The position numbers and the translations under genes are program-made. The notes below the pieces were generated by a model. That model did not search any database, was not told the origin of the DNA, and worked only from the letters and a program-made list of their open reading frames with translations. DNA of 64,000 bases from Laetmonice hystrix (lineage: Eukaryota), in assembly GCA_965235115.1 (NCBI GenBank), contig OZ249443.1:4402001-4466000 (forward strand), written 5' to 3'. Shown here piece by piece: positions 23,484-36,255 of the stretch (positions within the stretch are counted from its first letter, which is position 1; each line of letters starts with the position of its first letter).

Positions 23484-24540
23484 TGCGTTGGGGTGTTGTT
23501 TGTTTCTTTATGCTATTGGTTTTATATGAGATGTTTAGATGATGTTTATACTTTCCGTTCGTTCTTTGAGTTTGGGGTTTAAAGGTCCGTTCTCCACCAG
23601 GCTTGCGCCACTATTGTCATTTTACGAGAGGTACTAAGGTTCTTCCCAACGCTTAAAAGGGGCTAGCATCAAATGGTAGGGTTTCCACTCCTAAAGGTAA
23701 ACGGTTATAGATGATTTCCCAGGTTCTACCACAACATTGACATCTGCGATAAAGTTCTACTATTTATTAACGATCCGTGAACAATCCTTCGTCTTCTTGT
23801 GAGTACATGGGTTGGTGACGTGAATGAATACACTTGCGATATTATCCGATGAGTACAGAAACCAGACCAATAGGTAACACCGTTGAGGTAATATATTCCT
23901 TTGCCGAGCACTCTCAGGAGAATAACGGAATCCCCGTTCCGTTTCATATAACTTCCAGAACACTTCGTTTCACCAATATATTCCGGGCACTAATACATGT
24001 ACACTCTTAATCCATGGAACTTTCCAAACACTTGATAATCCGGCTTTCGTATACTCCCTCGTATAGTCCCGTAAATTCCGTTCTCTGGATCTTATCGTAT
24101 CCCACAACCTAGTGAAGACCACCAGCTCACTCCTCTCTCCCACTTTCTGATCTTAAGACACTGCACTGCGCCTTTGATTCCTTCTATTTTCCTATTTATA
24201 CCCCCCTTATTTTCGATCTATGTCAGTTTTCTCGATCTATGTCATGTCCTAACCTGCACTCTTCTCCTATTGGCCTAAAGTGTTACTACCTCCTAATTAT
24301 TCCGGCCTGGTTTCCTTTATCTATCTGGGTCTTAGTTCTCCTTCTCTGCTTGCCTATTGGTCTAAAGTGTTACTGCGTCCCAATTATTCCGGCCTGGTTT
24401 CCTTTGCCTATCTGGGTCTTAGCTCCCCTTCTCTGCTCGCCTATTGGTCTAAAGTGCTACTGCGTCCCAATTATACCTCTCTCTATTTCTGCTCTGACTC
24501 TCAGGTTTCTGTTCCTATCCGACCCCAGTGTGCCAACACA
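23484..24540 (-). repeat. 5' LTR (1057 bp)
   Basis: Direct repeat of 14696-15746; TATAAAT on - at 24194-24200; 87 bp internal repeats each with a CCAAT box upstream of the TATA. Confidence 0.93.
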
Positions 24541-25652
24541 CCACCGTCTAGACTGGCGTACTGTGCGGGGATTCCGGACCCCGCATATAGACAGCTATTT
24601 GTACATACCTCTGCTCTCTATGCGAGCTGTACATTCTTCACACAACATTCGACGTATTTACCTGTTTCGGATGGATGTAATGGTGCTACGGTGGTATTGT
24701 ATTGGTAACAGGCAGGTCGAACTGAGAGGTGATCGGAAATGTCATGGCGACATACCTTAGGAGAAAGTCGTCACCGGAAAACTCTAATGAAATGGGGAAA
24801 AGGGGGTGAAGGGGCGATTTTCATGTCAGTTGATGTGTACATTACTATATTAATTAGAAGAAAAAGTATCCTGGATGATCCCCCCCCCCCCAAAAAAAAA
24901 AAACAACAACAACAACAACATCCAGAGGTCATAGATGATGGGAGAGAGCGTGTTGTCGACGACTTTTGTAGAGAATCCGGAGGGTGTCCAGTCTAGAGGT
25001 CATTCCCCACGTCCAGGAGGTAGTTAAACAATCACCTGGTGAGGGTCTGATAAGGAGGACATGAGGTTTTTATGGTGGCACTCTGTCCTCAGTGACCATC
25101 CACGCGGGAGCAGAACCCCCCCACCCTCCCCCAGCTCAGCCCGGCGATCGGGAGTCCCTCCATCAAAAACCCACAACATTTGATGACCGCTTTGAGGCTC
25201 GGCAAAGCTGTTATGTACGTGCGAGAAGTGACAAAACATTTGCGTGCATCAATGAAGAAGGGACGGAAAGAAAACTTGTCGGAGACGCCATTACTAGGGG
25301 AGGTATTGCACACGGGAGGGCGTCATTACAAGGGTATTGCACCGGGGACATGGCCTCACTGTCCCGGTGCACGCCGACCTAGGGGCAGTGGGCCGGTTAA
25401 TATAGAATACGGCAGTAATCAGTGGCGCTCCCTACCGGAGGCGCTGGTTAATGTCCGTGAATAGAGAGCATCGAAAAGCCCCGATATAAAAGCGCCATCA
25501 ACGCTGAATGGGGAAGGGATGATGATATTGACACAAACGTGGCACGATTTGTATGGCGGGGGAAAGGTGGAGGCGGAGGGCCGCGCGATAAAGGCGCCGT
25601 TTGTGGTCAATGGGCAGTGATGATAGCGGGAGCACAGCTTTGTTAATTTGAA

Positions 25653-25942
25653 ATCAACAAGAGGAAGAGTGGGAAATAAAAACTATCAAGTGCCCCCGGG
25701 TGGGTGGCATTGATAGCGGCTTGCGGCCGGAGTGGGTCTTTAATGTACGGTGGCCGGGGAGGGTGGGATTTAATGTACGATGGCCAGGGAGGGCGGGTTC
25801 GGCTTGGTGCGGGGAAAGGCAGACTTTGATTGCGATCAGCTCATTTCGTTGGGATGTGTATAAATTTGTAGCGGTCAGATGGGTTACTGTGAGCTGGCCC
25901 CAGCGGTGCCGGGGGCATGTCAGCAGGACTGTCTCTATCTGT
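25653..25942. repeat. 290 bp direct repeat, left copy
   Basis: Matches 28691-28980 (offset 3038). Confidence 0.92.
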
Positions 25943-28690
25943 ATTTTTCTTTTGAAATGCACGGGCATCAGGGGTAACCCAATTACTTTGACAATGTCCC
26001 TAAAGAGAAAAGTTGTATAGTCCTCTACAGGAATCGAACCCAGGCCCTAAGATTACTGCACCCATTCGCATAGCATAAGGTGTCGACATCCATGCCCACT
26101 AGGCCACCGCCACTCCCCTAAAAAAGGAGCTTTGGTGGTCGAGCAGGACAATGGACCCTCTCCCCTACACACATCTTTTTGAAATGAGACGGAATCCATA
26201 TTTTCCTAGTTAGAGCTACACATGATTTCTACCGAACATTGACTGTTAAGGTAATCCTGGCACTGGCGTAGACTGTATTTTTCTTTTGAAATGCACGGGC
26301 ATCAGGGGTAACCCAATTACTTTGACAATGTCCCTAAAGAGAAAAGTTGTATAGTCCTCTACAGGAATCGAACCCAGGCCCTAAGATTACTGCACCCATT
26401 CGCATAGCATAAGGTGTCGACATCCATGCCCACTAGGCCACCGCCACTCCCCTAAAAAAGGAGCTTTGGTGGTCGAGCAGGACAATGGACCCTCTCCCCT
26501 ACACACATCTTTTTGAAATGAGACGGAATCCATATTTTCCTAGTTAGAGCTACACATGATTTCTACCGAACATTGACTGTTAAGGTAATCCTGGCACTGG
26601 CGTAGACTGTATTTTTCTTTTGAAATGCACGGGCATCAGGGGTAACCCAATTACTTTGACAATGTCCCTAAAGAGAAAAGTTGTATAGTCCTCTACAGGA
26701 ATCGAACCCAGGCCCTAAGATTACTGCACCCATTCGCATAGCATAAGGTGTCGACATCCATGCCCACTAGGCCACCGCCACTCCCCTAAAAAAGGAGCTT
26801 TGGTGGTCGAGCAGGACAATGGACCCTCTCCCCTACACACATCTTTTTGAAATGAGACGGAATCCATATTTTCCTAGTTAGAGCTACACATGATTTCTAC
26901 CGAACATTGACTGTTAAGGTAATCCTGGCACTGGCGTAGACTGTATTTTTCTTTTGAAATGCACGGGCATCAGGGGTAACCCAATTACTTTGACAATGTC
27001 CCTAAAGAGAAAAGTTGTATAGTCCTCTACAGGAATCGAACCCAGGCCCTAAGATTACTGCACCCATTCGCATAGCATAAGGTGTCGACATCCATGCCCA
27101 CTAGGCCACCGCCACTCCCCTAAAAAAGGAGCTTTGGTGGTCGAGCAGGACAATGGACCCTCTCCCCTACACACATCTTTTTGAAATGAGACGGAATCCA
27201 TATTTTCCTAGTTAGAGCTACACATGATTTCTACCGAACATTGACTGTTAAGGTAATCCTGGCACTGGCGTAGACTGTATTTTTCTTTTGAAATGCACGG
27301 GCATCAGGGGTAACCCAATTACTTTGACAATGTCCCTAAAGAGAAAAGTTGTATAGTCCTCTACAGGAATCGAACCCAGGCCCTAAGATTACTGCACCCA
27401 TTCGCATAGCATAAGGTGTCGACATCCATGCCCACTAGGCCACCGCCACTCCCCTAAAAAAGGAGCTTTGGTGGTCGAGCAGGACAATGGACCCTCTCCC
27501 CTACACACATCTTTTTGAAATGAGACGGAATCCATATTTTCCTAGTTAGAGCTACACATGATTTCTACCGAACATTGACTGTTAAGGTAATCCTGGCACT
27601 GGCGTAGACTGTATTTTTCTTTTGAAATGCACGGGCATCAGGGGTAACCCAATTACTTTGACAATGTCCCTAAAGAGAAAAGTTGTATAGTCCTCTACAG
27701 GAATCGAACCCAGGCCCTAAGATTACTGCACCCATTCGCATAGCATAAGGTGTCGACATCCATGCCCACTAGGCCACCGCCACTCCCCTAAAAAAGGAGC
27801 TTTGGTGGTCGAGCAGGACAATGGACCCTCTCCCCTACACACATCTTTTTGAAATGAGACGGAATCCATATTTTCCTAGTTAGAGCTACACATGATTTCT
27901 ACCGAACATTGACTGTTAAGGTAATCCTGGCACTGGCGTAGACTGTATTTTTCTTTTGAAATGCACGGGCATCAGGGGTAACCCAATTACTTTGACAATG
28001 TCCCTAAAGAGAAAAGTTGTATAGTCCTCTACAGGAATCGAACCCAGGCCCTAAGATTACTGCACCCATTCGCATAGCATAAGGTGTCGACATCCATGCC
28101 CACTAGGCCACCGCCACTCCCCTAAAAAAGGAGCTTTGGTGGTCGAGCAGGACAATGGACCCTCTCCCCTACACACATCTTTTTGAAATGAGACGGAATC
28201 CATATTTTCCTAGTTAGAGCTACACATGATTTCTACCGAACATTGACTGTTAAGGTAATCCTGGCACTGGCGTAGACTGTATTTTTCTTTTGAAATGCAC
28301 GGGCATCAGGGGTAACCCAATTACTTTGACAATGTCCCTAAAGAGAAAAGTTGTATAGTCCTCTACAGGAATCGAACCCAGGCCCTAAGATTACTGCACC
28401 CATTCGCATAGCATAAGGTGTCGACATCCATGCCCACTAGGCCACCGCCACTCCCCTAAAAAAGGAGCTTTGGTGGTCGAGCAGGACAATGGACCCTCTC
28501 CCCTACACACATCTTTTTGAAATGAGACGGAATCCATATTTTCCTAGTTAGAGCTACACATGATTTCTACCGAACATTGACTGTTAAGGTAATCCTGGCA
28601 CTGGCGTAGACTGTATTTTTCTTTTGAAATGCACGGGCATCAGGGGTAACCCAATTACTTTGACAATGTCCCTAAAGAGAAAAGTTGTAT
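25939..28690. repeat. Tandem array of a 334 bp unit, 8 full copies plus an 80 bp partial
   Basis: Unit starts at 25939, 26273, 26607, 26941, 27275, 27609, 27943, 28277 and 28611; copies look identical by eye. Confidence 0.97.
26008..26117 (-). ncRNA. tRNA-derived/SINE-like Pol III unit (one per 334 bp repeat)
   Basis: A box TGGCCTAGTGG (26106-26096), B box GGTTCGATTCC (26040-26030), TTTT terminator at 26011-26008. The acceptor stem does not pair, so this is not a canonical tRNA. Confidence 0.55.
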
Positions 28691-28980
28691 ATCAACAAGA
28701 GGAAGAGTGGGAAATAAAAACTATCAAGTGCCCCCGGGTGGGTGGCATTGATAGCGGCTTGCGGCCGGAGTGGGTCTTTAATGTACGGTGGCCGGGGAGG
28801 GTGGGATTTAATGTACGATGGCCAGGGAGGGCGGGTTCGGCTTGGTGCGGGGAAAGGCAGACTTTGATTGCGATCAGCTCATTTCGTTGGGATGTGTATA
28901 AATTTGTAGCGGTCAGATGGGTTACTGTGAGCTGGCCCCAGCGGTGCCGGGGGCATGTCAGCAGGACTGTCTCTATCTGT
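28691..28980. repeat. 290 bp direct repeat, right copy
   Basis: Duplicate of 25653-25942. Confidence 0.92.
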
Positions 28981-29910
28981 GTGATTGACACTCACCTTCC
29001 GACAGTTTGGTGGGGGAGGGGGTGTAGAGATGAAACCAGACTAATAAATCAATACAAATCTCTTCAAATCAAGATCACACTGATGAGGCTACAGCAGGTG
29101 CTTGTATCGTGCTTGAATTTCAAACTCTGCAGTTTTACTGGGTATTTCTAAAGACATAATGTGCAAAATAAATTTTGGATGAAGCTGGTTTTCGGAGACA
29201 AAGCATCTCTTGTCCTGTTATCGTATGAATCAGGTGAAGTCAGATTGTAAATTTCTATCCGGTATAAATGATTTGCCCTATACAGTCTCACAGTGTCTTG
29301 CCAGTACGGCCGGGAGACTAGGATAGTGAGATGGTGAGGGTAGAGGTCAAGGTTGAAAGACAGGACCCACGATAATGTCATGTTCTTGCCACAGGTACAG
29401 AGTTCTGAGACAGTACCATTAATGAAAACAGCGGGGAGGCTGGCCATGGAATTAGTGGGCATGATTGGATACGTCACAGATACATTCCCTACCCCGCTGT
29501 GTACCCTCCCCTCCCCTCGGACTGTTTCTACCCCCACCCACCCACCCACCCCCGTGATGGGGACAGTGGACGAGTCCCAGCAACCCCCACCTCTCTGTAT
29601 CCAGATACCCCAACCAGCTACACTTGCAGGACCCTCTGTGCCTTCAGGAGGGGTCAGAGGTCAGAAGAGGAGGGAGGGTAGGGTGTCGGTAGAACCGACC
29701 TGCTGCAGTCGTCCCCAGAGTAGCAGTTTTCTTGTCGACACCTCCGACACCATTAAGGTTTCAGAACGGGGTCAGAACCCGACACGTATCGGTCACGGTT
29801 GATGGACGTCTACGGGCCGTCACACTGTCACAGACTCCCTGGGGCATTCAGAGGGGAGGAAGACAAATGGAGAAACATGGTGGTTGTTTATAAAATAATA
29901 GTCTTGGACT

Positions 29911-30098
29911 ATGTGGAACCTCCAACAGGAGATGTGCAACCTCCAACAGGAGATGTGCAACCTCCAACAGGAGATGTGCAACCTCCACAGGAGATGTGCA
30001 ACCTCCAACAGGAGGATGTGCAACCTCCAACAGGAGATGTGCAACCTCCAACAGGAGATGTGTAACCTCCAACAGGAGATGTGCAACCTCCAACAGAA
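29911..30098. repeat. 21 bp minisatellite, ~9 copies
   Basis: Unit AACCTCCAACAGGAGATGTGC. Confidence 0.9.
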
Positions 30099-32297
30099 GA
30101 TGGTTTACATCAACAGTATATCAGTGAAAGAGGAAGCGAAGAGTACGAATTTCTGAGCAACCGATTGGGGGCAGTACAGGCTCAAAATAAAAACTACAAA
30201 CTTCAACGAATCTACGGACTTTACCCATCTGTACGTTCATGATTGGCTGTCAATCTTTACTTTACAAAGCAATGAGTGAATAGAAAAAGTTGAGGAACAA
30301 CCTGGGGTCGTGTAATTTATGAGAGACGAAAGGTTTGTTTGGATACAGGAGGTATTCCAGAGTTAGGATCGCTGGGGGGAGTCTGTCAAGCGGCAGGACA
30401 GTTGTACTGATGGACAATGCGTGAATCTGAGTGTTGTATTATGAGATAGAGATCCTTAAAGGTTAAAGTTCAAACCAACGCAGCATGCCGTGGGATCCAG
30501 ACATTATGCTGTTCGGTTTCATCTCTTAGTGTCGTCTGGATCACCCCCCCCCCCCCCGACAGGTGTGTTAATGGCGCCGGTTGTCTTTAGGACGCCTTGT
30601 ATTGTAGCACACCTGTGGGGGCTGTGTAGTCTCTGCTGTCAGGGACGGGGGTTGGGGGGCTGGGGAGGGGGGGGGGGGGTCCCTCCATAATGTCACGCAA
30701 CCGGCGGCGGCGGTGGTTGAAGCGAGCACGTTGCAAGGCCCCGTGCCTGACAGAGCTGGTCTCGATGGATACATTTCTCTGATTGTAGTCTGGAAGCTCG
30801 AGTGTGGGATCCTCACTGCCTGGTGCCACGTTCACACCGTGCAGCACCCATCTCCATGGCGTCGGTTCTTTGTCTGTATATATACCCTGCCTGGATGGTT
30901 GTAGCTTGGGGGGGGGGGGAGAGGGGGGTACTTGTAGGGCTGGCTGCACATGCGAGTTTTAATCTCGTGTCGTCGGGGAAAAAGGTTTCTTTTTTCTGCT
31001 CGTAAAGTAAGGGAAATATAACTGTACATTGCCGAGAGCTATCATTTTCAAAAATATTCCAATTAGAAATATCGGGGCGAGTTTTAATGGATATTTCTGA
31101 TGTAAAACCTGAAGAAGAACCTGCTTAGGATCCGGGCCAAACCAATACCCGGGAGAGCTGCCAACCTCCTTTGAAGAACTGACTGTTTTTTCTAAAGGAA
31201 TCATTGAAATACAAAAGGTTTGCTTGAGCTCGCTTACATCCAATCGTCCTGTAGGCGAATGGCCTGGTTGATACGATAGCCGATCTTTTTTTTTGAAGAC
31301 GAGAGGAGAAAGAAAAGACTATTGTACATGTCTCGTTTTTTGTGGCAGCGTTTACAAAAATTTTGCTGTCCACAGTGTCCATGCCATATGTTCTCATCAA
31401 TAATGACTGCTGTGATATTTCAGGTCAGAAAATAATTCATTACGCTGAAGTAATTGGATCTAATTGTGCTATGCACAATATATCCTTGCGACAGGTTTTA
31501 TTTTCACGTTTAAAGGAAAACTTTTCTTTTGGGGTAAGAACTTTTGAGTATTTACTGTAAAAACTAATGGTGGCTGGACAGATGTTCTCGCACGAGTGGC
31601 CGAGGTTTGAGTATAAATTTTCTTGATTTTTTTTTATGTCGCAATAAACTCTGGGTTTTATAGAGACTGATCATTTATTATAAAAAAGTAACAGAAAGCT
31701 GATTTCAAGTCGTAATTTTAAAAATACACATCGCTATGCAATTGAAACAAATCTCCGGGTTTCAATTTTATGAAATGAAGATAGCGACGTTAGATTGATG
31801 AGGTTGTGAAAAAAAAACACCCAGCAATTGTTGTCCTGCTACAAGAGTGGTTACAAATTGTGTGTAAGTGCCGAGTTTGTGTATCATGCCTTGGGCCAAT
31901 CCGTCATAGATTTACTATTATATGGCAGCCTTGGATGGTGATAGAAACCCTTCCTTCTCATCCTCACCGCCCGCCCGGCAGGCAGAAAAACAACGCTGTC
32001 CCTACTAATTTACAATCAAACTGGTATTAGTCATTATTTGAGCTCGAGCAAAGCTGAAAAAAGACGAGAACAAAACTGAAAGTAAATCCCCAAAGAGAAC
32101 ATTTCCAACCCCTTTCCAAGCAACTGATGTTTTTAAAGTGCAGATTGCATTTTTATTTTGATTGAGGCAATAATATTTCCAAAAAGTTTGCTGGAAGGGT
32201 TTAAATAACTGACATGGCATTGGCATTCAATTGATACTCTATACCCTTGAACTGAATCCTGAGGAAATTATTTATGTCATGTTATATTTGCATGGCG

Positions 32298-32365
32298 ATG
32301 GATAGTGTAACAAAATGGATAGTGTAACAAAATGGATAGTGTAACAAAATGGATAGTGTAACAAA
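32298..32365. repeat. 17 bp tandem repeat x4
   Basis: ATGGATAGTGTAACAAA x4. Confidence 0.95.
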
Positions 32366-33613
32366 AAGAGAATTTTTATAACGAGTTGCGCATTAGAGCG
32401 TCATCTTTCATTTGAAAAACAAAAGGTACCTTAATGAACTGTCCCCGGTTTTTATGAAAAGGGGTTTCATTATATTGGGTGCCACTGCATTATCATAGAT
32501 CTAAGCTCCAGGAATTAATTAGGTCAGACTCAGGATCGTTGTGTGAGCAGGAAACGGGCTGTGATTTGATTCAGGGGACTGTTGTAGTGCAGGGTAGTGT
32601 CGCTCATTCAATCCGTCATGGCGTGTTTCAGCTCGATGCCAGAGGTTAATTTGAGACTGAAATTTTCATACCAAGTACGTATATAAAATCTGACATTTGT
32701 TGCCGTTAACATAATCGATAGTAACAAAAATGTGCATGTGGATTAAAAACGTATTGCAGCACGAAACCACTGGGAATTTGCTCATTATAATGTTCTAATT
32801 ACTGAACCAAATAGTATTTGAAAACCTAGCCATCAAGGAGTGATTTTCTATCATGGCGGGGTATTTCTGATGAAATGTCGAGCCCGAAATGTCGAGCCCA
32901 CCGAGACTGTGAGTTGTCGGCCTGGCCTGGCCGGAGACCGAGGGCCGGATGACCGCCAGTAATTGGCCGTGCGCTGCCCAGATGCTCTCCCCCCCCCCCT
33001 CACAACCACCCCGTCTGACTGGCACAAAGGATGATAGGACATGATGAGGGAACGGACCGGGGACCAGCCGGCCCGGGGGCCGACGGTCAGCCGACCGGCC
33101 ACGGGCACTCGCAGCCGTAAATCGTCATTTGTAAAGATGAAGCCAGAAATGGCAAACAGGGCATTATAGGGCAGGAAACGACCTCCTCCCAGAGCCTGCA
33201 CAGATTCGATGGTCAAGTCTGGCGCTTGGTGTCTGTATGGCCAGCCTGTATATGGTCGGTTCGGGTCAAGCTGAAACCGCCGGATTCAACGTGACAAAAT
33301 GTCGACTTGATTTGTTCTTTTCTCTCGGTCAAATGATGCGCGTTGTTTTATTTTGACTTCATGTGTTTGTTTACCCGACCCATTGTGATCTAGATATGTT
33401 TCTGGTTTTCCACCATTCGTGTGAATAATATACGACCGGACAATAAATGTAGACATACATATGTATGCAAGACCTTTTGTCCATGGTCCTTTGTAAACAT
33501 AAAAAGGCAATGGTCAGACAAGTAGAGGTGAAGGTTTGGGAGGGAGATAAAGCGAGTTGAGGAGAATTGTGGCAGGTCGGGATCGTGAGTGTTCAAACAA
33601 AAAGTACATTACG

Positions 33614-33905
33614 GATTCTAGCTATGGCTCGGTAGGTGTGCTGGGCAATGTTCACATCGGACCGTCCTGTAGACTTGGAGAAGAAAGATTCTAGCTATGC
33701 CTCGGTAGGTGTGCTGGGCAATGTTCACATCGGACCGTCCTGTGGACTTGGAGAAGAAAGATTCTAGCTATGCCTCGGTAGGTGTGCTGGGCAATGTTCA
33801 CATCGGACCGTCCTGTAGACTTGGGGAAGAAAGATTCTAGCTATGCCTCGGTAGGTGTGCTGGGCAATGTTCACATCGGACCGTCCTGTAGACTTGGAGA
33901 AGAAA
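33614..33905. repeat. 73 bp tandem repeat x4
   Basis: GATTCTAGCTATGCCTCGGTAGGTGTGCTGGGCAATGTTCACATCGGACCGTCCTGTAGACTTGGAGAAGAAA. Confidence 0.92.
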
Positions 33906-35257
33906 GAAAGAAGAAGATTTGGAGAAGAAAGAAAGAAGACGAACCCCCACGTCGTGCTGTATCAAACATTGGCAGGACCAGCTTAACCTGACTCCCCTCA
34001 GACCTCAGGCAACAAGTCAGTAAAGACCTGTACCAGGGGTATGAATTTATTATCAAACGTGTGTGTGCTCAACTGAGCATTATGACCAGATGGTATCTGC
34101 AGACTTCTGGGCGGAAGGCCATCGACTTCCTCCTCAAGCGTGAAATACACAGTTACAGAGCAGCATAAGGGTGTGCGCGCACGAATCGGACTGCAACAAT
34201 ACCAAGTGTTTTTATAACTGACGGCTCCCAAACACTGCCATTTACCCGAATACAGCTGGCAAATTTGTAGGTCTGTAATGGGCCGTCAAGCCGATGACAT
34301 GCTCCAACGACCGGCTGGCCGAGCTCGAGGTGGGTCTGTGTGATACACGGCTGAGCTCACAATATGCCATGTCATGTTGGGGGTTTGTCACCAGTCGGCT
34401 GGAAATAGGTGAGGCTTGGTCTGGGGGGGGGGGGGGGGTCGACATGAAACAGCTTCTTAAATAGGGGCTCAGTATCAGCTGAGAGGCCTGGAAACTGCAT
34501 TCTCATCGAAATTTTATGACCGTTATTATAATCCAGTTTATTACAAAGTGATTCTCCCATTGAAGGGCGAACGGTCCAGAACTTTCACTATTGAGTATTA
34601 AATCTCAGTAAAGACTGGTACACTCAGAGAATTATAATGAGAGAGACACTCCGAGCCTTTACTGACGACGGTTCGAGCTTTTGTTCTCTCCGTAAACCTG
34701 TAACTTGGCCAGGTATGGGTGCGGTTTGGGCGTACCAGCGACCAATTGTTGTCACCAAACCAGCCACTGTCATGCTCACCATGAATACATAGTTCAGGAA
34801 ACTCGGATACTTGCCCGTTAGACTCGGAGAATTGTCATACTCGGACTCTTGGCGCATCTTTTTAAAAATATTTATTTGGTCCATCGTTCAAGGAATAGCT
34901 GCTGACCGCATCACTCAGGGACTTGTGAGACTCCTACATGTGATGCTGTGATGCTCACCGTTTGCACATCATACAGGGACTTGTGATGTTCGCTGCTCAG
35001 GGAACTGATGCTCGCTGCTCAGGGAAGTGTGAGGCATTGAATGAAGTAAGCGAAAGACACAAGGCCTTTGGCTGCCAAGCCTGAGTGACCGTGCGCTTCC
35101 AAGTGTATCACGAGTGGGCACCCGGCCTATTATGTGCCGACTGCCAGTGCACAAAGGTTTGTTTAGACTGGGCATTAGGAAGAGTTTGGCCGGAGGCGCT
35201 GCCATTGACTTGTGAACGGACATAGCGGCCGTTAACTCAGACTTAGTGCACTTTTAT

Positions 35258-35274
35258 TGCCGCTAGAGGGCGAG
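35258..35274 (+). promoter_or_regulatory. CTCF-like motif
   Basis: TGCCGCTAGAGGGCGAG. Confidence 0.35.
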
Positions 35275-35916
35275 CATCAATGACACTGATCAAATTGGTA
35301 ATGATGATCGCTCATTGTTTTATGGCAGGCACAGTGATTGAATTAAGTTGCCTGAGACTTCCCGCAGAGTGTAGGGAGAGGGAGAGACCGAATGGTCAGT
35401 TTGTGGTCAGTGGCCATGACGGGGCTGGACACCATAGGTCACCTTGGTGACTGAGGATGATACCAGAAGGGCGGGAATGGTCAGTGAATAGCACTGGTCA
35501 GTGGATGACCTCAGGCGGTGGGCCGCCTGTAACGGGCGCCAGTGGGAAAGATAGAGGAATCAGTAAAATTAGGTAGCGTGGGGTCGTAAAAAAAAGTAAT
35601 TATGATTTAGAAAGATTCTTTTCATGTACTTCTGGGAGCGTAGTTCATCAACGCTGGTGGTGAATTTAATTATTTTATAAGGTCACTGTAGACATATAAA
35701 GGTTAGTTGTTTAAAAAATTGGTTTCACTAATGTGTTTGATGGCTTCAGGGGGTGTGACGAAGCTGTGGTTGTGGGAATAGATAAATCGGGGTCAGGCTG
35801 GAGGCAATGCTCGTATCACATCACCCAAGTTTTGGATGGGATTCTTTAGTTTTCCCCGCATCAGAGATTTATGGAAAGATTTGGGTCAGTAAGGAATACG
35901 TGGGGTTTACACGTCT

Positions 35917-36255
35917 GTCACATTGGTATTGGAAGATTTGGGTCGGTATGCAATTGGTGGGTTTACATGTCACATTGGTATTGAAAGATTTGGGTCGGTA
36001 TGGAATTGGTGGGTTTACATGTCACATTGGTATTGAAAGACTTGGGTCGGTATGGAATTGGTGGGTTTTACACATTGGTATTGAAAGATTTGGGTTGGTA
36101 TGCAATTGGTGGGTTTACATGTCACATTGGTATTGAAAGACTTGGGTCGGTATGGAATTGGTGGGTTTACATGTCACATTGGTATTGAAAGACTTGGGTC
36201 GGTATGGAATTTGTGGGTTTACATGTCACATTGGTATTGAAAGATTTGGGTCGGT
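35917..36255. repeat. 52 bp minisatellite, ~6.5 copies
   Basis: Unit CACATTGGTATTGAAAGATTTGGGTCGGTATGGAATTGGTGGGTTTACATGT. Confidence 0.9.

Larger units (their letters stand above)
14696..24540 (-). mobile_element. Ty3/Gypsy LTR retrotransposon with chromodomain integrase and truncated env-like gene
   Basis: Two ~1.05 kb direct LTRs with TG...CA ends and imperfect terminal inverted repeat (TGTGTTGG...CCAACGCA on -), PBS, gag, pol in PR-RT-RH-IN order, and an env-like ORF. Confidence 0.95.

Noticed and set aside
26008-26117. Functional tRNA gene cluster
   Set aside because: A and B boxes are present but the acceptor stem (GTGGCGG versus AGAGGAC) and T stem do not pair.
29799-30156. Heptad-repeat ORFs (NLQQEMC / PPTGDVQ)
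   Set aside because: A 21 bp minisatellite with a 1 bp deletion; no flanking gene structure.
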